The notes under the pieces: generated by a model
Told to the model about the DNA's origin: nothing
Database searches by the model: none
What the model saw: the letters and a program-made list of their open reading frames with translations, nothing else
Part shown: one piece after another, positions 54,221-64,000 of the stretch
Layout of the letters: each line of letters starts with the position of its first letter
How positions within the stretch are numbered: the first letter of the stretch is position 1
Program-made: the position numbers and the translations under genes
Source: Octopus sinensis
Lineage: Eukaryota
Direction: 5' to 3'
DNA: 64,000 nucleotides
Assembly: GCF_006345805.1 (NCBI RefSeq)
Contig: NC_043011.1
Coordinates: 6,696,001 to 6,760,000 of the forward strand

Positions 54221-54624
54221 CTGGAAGCACAAAAATAATAACAGTAATAATAATAATAATAATAATAATAATATTGTAATATGATATAGCAATGAAAATA
54301 TAGTAATGATGTATTGTATAATAATCATATTGAAACATATATAACAATGTATGGATAAAGTAATGTACCAGACAACAATGTAGTCTAGGATATCACAGAA
54401 ATATGGGAATTTATTGGAATATGGTATCGTAATAATACGTAATGAGGTTTACAACAAAGAAAATGTGATAAAAATTGTAGGAATAAAGTGAAGTATTTTG
54501 TTGCCATCTTCAAACTGAAAATTAGATAACAACGAAGGTTTCAATAAGACTTTCGTAATTCAAGAATTATCTGCTTGGCATTATTTTGCCATTAAATACT
54601 TGAATGTTATTCTAATCAATTACA

Positions 54625-54950
54625 CATCATCGTTTAACGTCCGTTTTCCATGCTAGCATGGGTTGGATGGTTCGACCGGGGTCTGGGAAGCCAGAAGGCT
54701 GCACCAGTCTCCAGTCTGGTCTGATCTGGCAGTGTTTCTACAGCTGGATGCCCTTCCTAATGCCAACCACTCCGTGAGTGTAGTGGGTGCTTTTTACGTG
54801 CTACTGGCACAGTTGCCAGGAGAGGCTGACAACATCCACGATAGAAACACTGCCAGATCAGACTGGAGCAGCCTCCTGGCTACCCAGACCCCGGGTCGAA
54901 CCGTCCAACCCATGCCAGCATGGAAAGCGGACGTTAAACGATGATGATGA
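54625..54950. mobile_element. Two RTE-tail SINE fragments in inverted orientation
   Basis: 54625-54740 is approximately the reverse complement of 54842-54946. Confidence 0.75.
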
Positions 54951-55107
54951 TGATGAATAAGGTCAGTTTAAATGGTAAAAGGGTTAAGGATTAGCAAACT
55001 GGTGGGAAGAAGATAAGAAAGCTAGAATTGACCCCGGGGTCAAACAACAACAATGCTACTATTGTTGTTGTTGTTTTTTTTTTAACCCCGGGTCAAAGAA
55101 GACTGAC

Positions 55108-55255
55108 CTCTGTCAAAGTTGTACTGTTGACTTGTTATCTCAACCCAGTATTTGTAATTCTGTGTGAGGAGTTCCTTGGGAGCCTCCAGGCGTTTCCCTG
55201 CCCAGCCTTGGATATTCACGGACACGTCATCCTCGGTAAGATTGTCCAAGTAGTT
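55108..55255 (-). CDS. IDE: Insulin-degrading enzyme exon (148 bp, phase 0-1)
   Basis: ttttcag|[49 protein letters not shown] G|gtcagt; human ...[29 protein letters not shown]. Confidence 0.92.
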
Positions 55256-55829
55256 CTGAAAAGACACACAGACAGAGATTTTTATGATCATGACAGAGAG
55301 AGAGGGAGAGGTGGTGGGGGAGAGAGAGAGGCTGCGAGACAGAATAGAGGGAGTGGTGGGAGGTAAGGAGAAAGTCAGAGGGGTAGTGAGAGTGAGATAC
55401 AAATGGGAGAGAGAGAGAGAGAGGGGGACATGATTAAAATATTGCCTCACATTTATTCTGGCACCCCCTCTCTCTCTCTCTCTCTCCACCATCACTGCCA
55501 CCCCCACCGCCCACCACCACTGGTACTGCCACCAACAACAACAACAAATCAACATCAACAAAGGTTTCTGACTTCGGCCACCAATTTTGAGGGGTGGAGT
55601 CTTTGCCATTGATTTCAGTTACTGACGGGTGTTCCATTTTATCAATCGCCATTGGATGAAAGGCTAAGTCAACTTTGGTGGGGAGCAGAAACAAATACAG
55701 CAAGGCATGTTCTAACAATTCTGCCAATGTACCATCTTGATGGTGGTGACAGTGGTGATGGTGAAGATGATGGTGATGTTGATGCTGGTGATTGTTTGTT
55801 TGTTTGTTGAGCGAAGCAGTCTTCGTCCC

Positions 55830-56170
55830 AGTGTAGTGGGAGAAGTCCGAAACGTGGTCCTTTGCTATTCGTAAGACCCGCAAAAGAGAGAGCAGGTCAA
55901 CCCCCGACACCGAGAGCATCGATGGATGGATGAATGCGCATCCAGGCTCAGCGGTTGCGTAGGAAGTCGAGGGACAAGAAACAGAAAGAAAGAGTGAGAG
56001 AAAGTTGAGGCGAAAGAGTACAACAGGGGTCACCACCACCCCCTGCCGGAGTCTCGTGGAGCTTTAGGTGTTTTTGCTCAATAAACGCACACAACACCTG
56101 GTCTGGGAATCGGAACCGCGATCCTCCGACCGCGAGTCCGGTGCCCTAACCATTGGGCCATTGCGCCTCC
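55830..56170 (-). mobile_element. tRNA-derived SINE, third family
   Basis: Head GGCGCAATGGCCCAATGGTTAGGGCACCGG...GGTTCCGATTCCCAGACC; homologous to 29190-29375. Confidence 0.7.
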
Positions 56171-56754
56171 ACTTGATGCTGGTGATGGTGATGATGATGA
56201 TAGTGATGGTGGCAGTGGTGGTAGTGATGTTGATGATGATGTTTGTGGTGTTGACGATGATAAAAAAATAATGATAATAATAATAATAATAAAAGAAGAA
56301 ATAACAGTTAAATGATGGAATGATTTCTGTGTGGTTGGCAAAGGATTTCTTCAGAATTGGTACAGAAGACATAAAAACAACAACAACAAGCAAAATAAAA
56401 ATTATGGGGGGGGGAATTACCGAAAACAGCTCCGTCCCCTCACCAACCCCCTTCCTCCCCCACCACCACCTCTCCCCCCATACCACTATGCACTCCTATA
56501 AATAACACCCCCTACACACACACACACACACACACGCCTTTAATACAAATTTAAAAAAAAAACACGATAATAATAATAATAATAATAACAAAAACACAAA
56601 TATACAACATAAAGCAAGAATATATGCAACAAGTAAATACAGCAACAAGAACAACAACAACAACAAGAGGACTTTGCTGTCCCAAGAGGCTGCAGAGGCT
56701 GTTAACTAGACGAAAGCATTGATGCAGAGCAGACATTATTAACGTCCTCGACAG

Positions 56755-56787
56755 ATGGTTATATATAATAACAATAATAATAATAAC

Positions 56788-56837
<50 letters not shown>

Positions 56838-56895
56838 TGATGATAATAATAATAACAATAATAATAATAATAATGATGATGATAATAATAATAAC

Positions 56896-56950
<55 letters not shown>

Positions 56951-57040
56951 TAATAATAATAATAATGATGATGATAATAATAACAATTTATTATTATTAT
57001 TATTATTATTGTTGTTATTATTATTATTATTATTATTAAT
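56755..57040. repeat. (AAT)n array followed by an inverted (TTA)n run
   Basis: Visible directly. Confidence 0.95.
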
Positions 57041-57229
57041 AACATTAATGTCCATTCTCCATGCATCAACCAATAGATGTTATAGTTGTAATTGTTATTA
57101 TGATTGTTGTTGTTGTTGCTTGCACTCTATGCTTGGCGAGGCATCACTGCCTCCCCCTCACTCCGCTTTGGACATTTTATATCTTATCAGCCACCACCAC
57201 CGCCACCACACTGCTTCTTAAAATGTACA

Positions 57230-57260
<31 letters not shown>

Positions 57261-57261
57261 C

Positions 57262-57292
<31 letters not shown>

Positions 57293-57317
57293 CATATATA
57301 TATACATATATATATAC

Positions 57318-57369
<52 letters not shown>

Positions 57370-58274
57370 TCACTATTGCACACGCACACACATGTACAAA
57401 AACATTAACACATGGATGCATGAATATGCATACACAGTGAAATAGGGGCGTGAACATGCATATACGCACACACACACACACACACCTAATAAAGAATGAG
57501 AGAAGAGCCAAGTCCTAGAAATAGCAGGTCGGGGTGGTGGAGGAGGGGTGGTAGCAAGGTGCAATATGGCAGCCGTGGGGTAGGATAAGGGCAGGATGGG
57601 GGTGGTGGTGGGGAGCAACACCCATCCACCCACACACCCACCCCCTTAGCATAATATAAATTCTGTGAGACAAGTTCAGTGGCCATGAAATTTGACATTC
57701 TGGAGTAATGTGGTGGAGGGAGGGATCGAGTGGTAGGGTGAGGTAGGAGTAAGAGTGGGAAAGGAGGGAAATAAAGAGTTGCTGAGTAAGGAGAGAGGGT
57801 TGGGGAGGGCCGACGGAAGAGTTTGTTGGGTCTGTCTGTGTGTGTGTGTGTGTGTGAATCTCACTTGTTGCTGATTAACAAATCTTTGGTGAAACACATT
57901 CCAGGCAGGGCCACTTTCGGATTCCCTTCATCTTTCTTTGGGACAAGAGAATTTAGCTGCCATTTCTAGTAGATCAAGAGACCATGTGCAGGCTCTCACG
58001 CTGTTTGACCAATTGCTTGCTGGCCAGAGATCTTTCTGGTCCTAGCAGACCAAAGGCTATACAACATATGGCAAGTACATTAAGAGAGACCCTAAACACA
58101 TGAAAGGCAACAAATTCTACCTCTGCAAAAGGCTGCTAGCAGTTTGCCCATGCTGCCAATTCTGCCAGAATCATAACCAGAATAATAATTCTAGCCACAG
58201 GGGCACCGATGAAAGGAACATTACAAGAACATTATTTACATTTGATGGATATTTGTCTCATCTTGTTTGTTGTT

Positions 58275-58320
58275 AACACAACGTTTCGGCTGATATACCC
58301 TCCAGCCTTCATCAGGTGTC
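58275..58320 (-). ncRNA. Minimal type I hammerhead ribozyme motif (sense to IDE pre-mRNA)
   Basis: Reverse complement reads GACAC CUGAUGA A GGCUG-GAGGGUAUAU-CAGCC GAAA CG UU GUGUU. Confidence 0.6.
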
Positions 58321-58408
58321 TTGGGGAAATTTTGAACCTGGGTTCTCATTCCTGAGGTATTTTTCAATGTTACCCAAGATTCCGAGTTTGATTCCAGGCA
58401 GGGACTTC

Positions 58409-58443
<35 letters not shown>

Positions 58444-58495
58444 TAACATCGAAAAATACCTCAGGAACGAGAACCCAGGTTCGAAATTTCCCCGA

Positions 58496-58541
58496 GACAC
58501 CTGATGAAGGCTGGAGGGTATATCAGCCGAAACGTTGTGTT
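58496..58541 (+). ncRNA. Minimal type I hammerhead ribozyme motif
   Basis: Stem I GACAC/GUGUU, core CUGAUGA, stem II GGCUG/CAGCC, GAAA, loopless palindromic stem III ACGU, triplet GUU. Confidence 0.6.
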
Positions 58542-58915
58542 AAGAACAAAGATGAGGATAAATATCCATCAAATGTAAATAATGTAAATAATTCCTCCTC
58601 TCTTAAATATAGAAGCTGCATTATTACAAGAGCAGGTTACAATTTTTGTGGGGATTTACATGAAAGGTGAGGGGGGAAAATGGAGAAAGACAGTGAAATG
58701 TGATAAAAGTATAGAAAGCATGTGATAACATGAATGAAGTGGTTGCCCTGATGCAAGAAAAACTCCCAACTAGGGCCAGTCAAGGAACCCCTCAGATCCA
58801 GGATTATCCTGGCCACCAAAGGCACAAACCCTCGTCCAACTGTTGCTCTCCAATCTTCAGGCAAATGCTAATGATGATAATAATGATGATGAAAATGATG
58901 ATGATGATGTGTTAC

Positions 58916-59040
58916 CTTCACAGAATGTAAGAATGCTTCCATCCGTCCTTCTGCGTGATCAGCAGAGTGGTCAGTCTGGACCATCAGCAGCATTCCCTGG
59001 ACCCCTCTTGACCTTCGGATACCACTGTGGACCAAGTAAC
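58916..59040 (-). CDS. IDE: Insulin-degrading enzyme exon (125 bp, phase 1-0)
   Basis: ctcctag|(G)YLVHSGIRRSRGVQGMLLMVQTDHSADHAEGRMEAFLHSVK|gtaaca; human [38 protein letters not shown]. Confidence 0.92.
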
Positions 59041-60364
59041 CTAGGAGAACAAATATCGATATTGATAAATGAACAAATGACAAAATTGAAAAGAATTCAG
59101 CCTCAAGGGTCAGCGCGTTGAATAACATGTAATGTAGTAAGATTGTGATGAGGAAAAAATTTCATTAATTATATGGAAAAATGTAATTATTTACTGTGAA
59201 AAAGTAATTATATGGAAGCATCCATCCATTTTTCTCCACCCAAAATTGCTGGGAGGGTCATGGAGGGAGAGTTTTCAGGCACCTCCTCCTCCCTAGGGTC
59301 CTATCAGAAACAACCTGCATTAACACTTCCAGCTGGGTTCCCAAGCATGACCAAACGACACTATGGATTTCATCCAACCATTTCCTTGTTGGTCAACCCG
59401 TTGGTCACCTTCCAGTTGGTTTGGCTTGAAGAATCCGTCTTGTGATTCTGTCCTGTCACATTCTAACCATGTTTGCAGTGCTAGAGTTGTGACCTCTCAA
59501 TGCAGAGAAGTAAGGGCTCAAATGGGAGAGACTTCACAGATCATCCTTCCGATGAATCCTATTTCAGCCTCTTGTATTCCTAATTGTACTCTTGTGGCCA
59601 TGCTGGAGTAAAAGTATTTTAAAGTAAAGAGAGGACATTAAGGAATCCACAAAATGTTTTATTGAACGGAAAATCCAGATTTCATTCAGAAGGTTGCAAG
59701 TGACTCCAAGGGTCTTAGGGCCTCCACCCTGTCTCTATGTGGTTGTTGACCTAGATAGAAACAACAGCCAAATACCCCTGAAGTCACACCCTAAATTAAA
59801 ATAAGATACACTGGACAATATGGTCCTGGATATACAAAAAGATAAGGATGGTCATGGCTGGATTCTATATATTTGAATATAAGTCTGTAACAAGTAAGAA
59901 ACAAGGTGCAAGCATAGCTGTGTGGGTAAGATGGTCACTTTGTAACCATGTGGTTTGGGTTCAGTCCTACTTCGTGGCCCCTTGGTCACGTGTCTTCTTT
60001 TATAGCCCCAGGCCAGCCAATCCCTTGTCAGTGAATTTGGCAGACACACACTATATGAAAGCCATTGTGTGTGTGTGTTTATGCATCTTTGTGTCTGTGT
60101 TTGTCCCACATCCACTCACCCACTGGCTGACAACCAGTGTTGGTTTGTTTATGTCTTCATTACTAAGCAGTTAGGCAAAAGAGACAGAGAGAGAAAGAAA
60201 AAAAAACGGACTGAAAAAGAAAAAAAGCCAAAAGCATTAGTCTACAGCTTTTTGGGGATTCATTGACTAAAACCCTTCAGAGCAGTGCCCCAGCATGGCC
60301 ACAGTCCATTGGAACAAACAGAAGATAGAAGGTCAGGAGAGAATGGAATCGAGTGTAGACGCAC

Positions 60365-60532
60365 CCAGTTGTTCTTGTGTACGTAGCACGGTAAAGCAGA
60401 ATTCCTTGATGACTTGGCAGAACAATTCCAGGATCATGTTGGACTGGGTGCTCTGGACGCCGGTCTGGAGGTAGATGCCCACAGCTGAGCTGCTCCAAAC
60501 ATCTTGGGTCACTTTATATAAATAATGGTCAC
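60365..60532 (-). CDS. IDE: Insulin-degrading enzyme exon (168 bp, phase 1-1)
   Basis: ttgtcag|DHYLYKVTQDVWSSSAVGIYLQTGVQSTQSNMILELFCQVIKEFCFTVLRTQEQL G|gtgcgt; human ...[38 protein letters not shown]. Upstream exons not found and presumably lie right of the window. Confidence 0.93.
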
Positions 60533-60779
60533 CTGACAACAGGGGAAAAAAAAAAACACAAACAACAATTAAACAGTTGCATAATGAATTCGTTACAGTA
60601 AAGGACATGGGTTTTAGTAAACGAGGAATAAGGTTGGTTTAATTAACACCAGGATATAACTGGTACTTTATTCGTCAACCCTCCGTTAATGACAAAAGGT
60701 GAAATTATAATATCAATACAGAGGCCAGTGGAGAGGCAGACGATTTATTTGGCCCCCAATGTATAGCAGGTACTTTTAT

Positions 60780-61060
60780 TGGCGGCGAGCTGACAGAAAC
60801 GTTAGCACGCCGGGCGAAATGCTTAGCGGTATTTCGTCTGCGTTACGTTGAGAGTTCAAATTCCCCCAAGGTCGACTTTGCCTTTCATCCTTTCGGGGTC
60901 GATAAATTAAGTACCAGTTACGCACTGGGGTCGATGTAATTGAATTAATACCTATGTATGTCCTTGTTTGTCTCCTCTGTTTAGCCCCGTGTGGGTAGTA
61001 AAGAAATAGGTACTTTTATTGGCTTTAACAAGATGTAAAGCAAAGTCGACTTCCATGGGA
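60780..61060 (+). mobile_element. Meta-type SINE
   Basis: GGCGGCGAGCTGACAG...GTCGACTTTGCCTTTCATCCTTTCGGGGTCGATAAATTAAGTACC. Confidence 0.75.
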
Positions 61061-61536
61061 ACCGAACTCAGAACGAAGCAAAATACTTCAAGGTACTTTA
61101 CCCACTGCTCCACCACAAGGCCACAAATATTCGGGGGGGGGGAGAAGATTGATTAAAGACACTGCCCCCCACCCCCACCCCAATTATATACTTGGTATTT
61201 TATTGAGCTTAGATACATGACAATTTGGAAGGAGGAGAGGAATGGTGGTCAGGGGCTTTAATTGACCTCAGCATATGTCTGGTATAGATCTTATTGGACC
61301 CAGGGACAATGAAAGGTAAAAATGGACCCTGACAGGATTTGGACTTAAAATGTAACAGAACAATAATTAAAATACTGTGGTGAGGTCTTTTGTAAAATCA
61401 GTTTATTTCTTGTGTCATCTACCACCACCATCGTCATACTGTCATAATGTAATGAAGCAGTTGGAAAATTAACCTTTATTCAAAATAAGTGACTCTGCAG
61501 CACCTTCGTTCATTCTCTCTCTTTCTTTATTCAGAT

Positions 61537-61595
<59 letters not shown>

Positions 61596-61745
61596 AAGAG
61601 AGAGAGATTGTAATGGCAAAGATAAACAGCCTTCGGATAGTTCTGTTACACCTTGCTTTAACTCCTTCTCCCTTTTTCGATGAAGGAGGTAAGAGGGAGA
61701 GAGGAGGGAAGAGGCAGAGAAAGGGGATGGAGAGAGAAGGAAGAG

Positions 61746-61776
<31 letters not shown>

Positions 61777-62413
61777 GCGTTTAAATAAACATCCCCCAGA
61801 AAGTTCTGTTACACTTTGCTTTAACTCCTTCTCCCTTTCCAGGAAAGGAAACGAGAGAGAGAGAGAGAGAGAGATGGAAGGAGAGAGAGAGAGAGAGAGG
61901 TGGCAGAGGGAAAGAGAAGAGAGGGGTGGCAGAGGGAGTAGATAATCCCTTCACACACCTACCTCAACTACTGTCTCACTTTTTTTTCGTCAGAAAGAAA
62001 AGAGAAGGAGAGAAGAAAGGAGAGATAAACAGACCCCTTTAATTAACTTGATTTCAGCTCCCTTAGCTTTTCTCCTTTATTTTTGGAGATTAGAGAGATA
62101 GGTGGGGTTTGGGGGTGGGGAGAGACAGACCAACAGACGTTAGCTAACTCCTTTCAAAGAAGATTATAATAACAGGGACAGTAACTCATACACATGTTGG
62201 CTACACCTACCTTGGAACATGTATTTATGTGGGATGTACATGTGTCAGCATACATGTGAATGTGCAGTTGGCCATTGTTTAGATGTAAGTGAAAGTGAAA
62301 GTAGCTACAAACACAGCCGTGTGTGTGTGTGTGTGTAAAAGCAACCTGACAATCACACGTATATAACTGGTATCCTATGAGAATTCCAGTTGATCTGATT
62401 AATGGAACAATCT

Positions 62414-62821
62414 TTCTTTTACTTGTTTCAGTCATTTGACTGCGGCCATGCTGGAGCACCGCCTTTAGTCGAGCAAATCGACCCCGGGACTTATTCTTTG
62501 TAAGCCCAGTACTTATTCTATCGGTCTCTTTTTACCGAACCGCTAAGTGACGGGGACATAAACACACCAGCATCGGTTGTCAAGCAATGCTAGGGGGACA
62601 AACACAGACACACAAACACATACACACATACATATATATATATATATACATATATATACGACAGGCTTCTTTCAGTTTCCGTCTACCAAATCCACTCACA
62701 AGGCATTGGTCGGCCCGGGGCTATAGCAGAAGACACTTGCCCAAGATGCCACGCAGTGGGACTGAACCCGGAACCATGTGGTTGGTTAGCAAGCTACTTA
62801 CCACACAGCCACTCCTGCACC
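62414..62821 (-). mobile_element. CORE-type SINE, full length
   Basis: Same family as 4145-4547. Confidence 0.85.
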
Positions 62822-63629
62822 TAATCTGTTCGTGTAATTAACATACAAGTGGCTGAATACTCCACAGACAAATGTACCCATAATGTAGTATTTCTCAGGG
62901 AGATTTCAGTGTGACACAGAATGTGACAAGGCCGACTCCTTTGAATGACAGGTACAATTCATTTTTCGCCAGCCGAGTGGACTGGAGCAATGTGACATGA
63001 AGTGTCTTGCTCAAGGACCCAATGCACCACCAGGAATCGAACACACGACCTTACCATCATCAACCAAACACCCGAACCACTAAGCCATGTACCTTCCACA
63101 CCACACACACGTATACATAGCTTTCCCTTTAGTTGGATTTCCTTTCCATTTTGTAATCGCAGTCATTATCAATCCTCCATTGCCCTGGTGGTAAATAATT
63201 GATTTGGCTCTATGCATTCTAAGTTCAAAACCTACCAAGGTCACATTTGCCTTAAACCCTTCCAGGGCCGGATCACATAAAATACCGGCCAGATACTGAG
63301 ACTGATCCGGTCAACTATCTGCCTCCCCACTGGCACCCCCAAATTTCTGGCCTTGTCATTATGTTGCTAATTGTTACTATTAAAATTAATTGGTTAATTA
63401 GCAGAATCGTTAGAGCATCAAAAATAATGCCTGTCATATCTATTCTGGCTTTTTATGTTCCAAGACCAACTTTGCCATTCTGGGGGTCAACAAAATAGCA
63501 GTTAAATACTGGGCATTGACTAATGCCCTCCCCCTTAAAATTACCAACTTTGTGCCAAGAATACAAATATCAATGCTTCGTGGCATTTTATTCATCTTTA
63601 TGTTTTGAGTTCAAATTCCGCCAATGACT

Positions 63630-63905
63630 GGCTCCCCGTGCTGGTAGCACATAAAAAGCACCATTCGATCGTGGCTGATGCTAGTACTGCCTGACTGGCC
63701 CTCATGCTGCCAGCACGTAAAAAGCACCCACTACACTCTCGGAGTGGTTGGTGTTAAAGAAGGGCATCCAGCTGTAGAAGCATTGCCAGGTCAGATTGGA
63801 GCCTGATGCGGCCTCCTCGCTTGCCAGTCCCCAGTCAAACTGTCCAACCCATGCCAGCATGGAAAACGGACGTTAAACAATGATGGTGATGATGATGGTG
63901 ATGAT
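63630..63905 (+). mobile_element. RTE-tail SINE-like repeat
   Basis: Ends CCAACCCATGCCAGCATGGAAAACGGACGTTAAAC-(GAT)n. Confidence 0.7.
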
Positions 63906-64000
63906 GTTACCTTTACTTTTCATCTTTTTGGGGTCGATGAAATAAGTACCAGCCATCGACTTCCCCACCCTTCAAAATTGCTGGTCTTGTGCAAAAATAA

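Larger units (their letters stand above)
58230..58584. mobile_element. Penelope-like inverted terminal repeats (~140-bp arms)
   Basis: 58230-58372 is the reverse complement of 58444-58584; each arm carries CTGATGA...CGAAAC. Confidence 0.75.

Noticed and set aside
55830-56170. tRNA gene
   Set aside because: A and B boxes are present, but the acceptor stem is not completed and the sequence continues into a repeat body found elsewhere; it is a SINE head.

Overview
AT-rich, repeat-dense eukaryotic DNA with one 100-N assembly gap (51978-52077). The SINE, MITE and microsatellite content looks like an octopus genome; this is pattern recognition, not a database result. Two genes are supported, both on the minus strand. 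(1) Five consecutive, phase-compatible 3' exons of a divergent insulin-degrading enzyme (IDE, M16A peptidase) at 60532-53484. (2) The first coding exon (34431-33818) of a signal-peptide/LRRNT protein most like adhesion GPCR A (GPR124/125 type); I could not find its next exon anywhere in the 33.8 kb to the left. Most of the rest is transposon-derived: CORE-type and Meta-type tRNA SINEs, RTE-tail SINEs, piggyBac-type MITEs, non-autonomous Helitrons, decayed RTE, CR1 and R4/Dong LINEs, foldback elements and microsatellites. The most notable items are type I hammerhead-ribozyme folds in Penelope-like terminal repeats (one inverted pair inside an IDE intron, plus a CCGACGA-core variant family), an (ATT/AAT)n-linked nest of R4/Dong elements at 44-50 kb, and an IDE whose last exon is either missing or replaced by an immediate stop. 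I see no firm evidence for a wholly new system; the leads are listed with tests.
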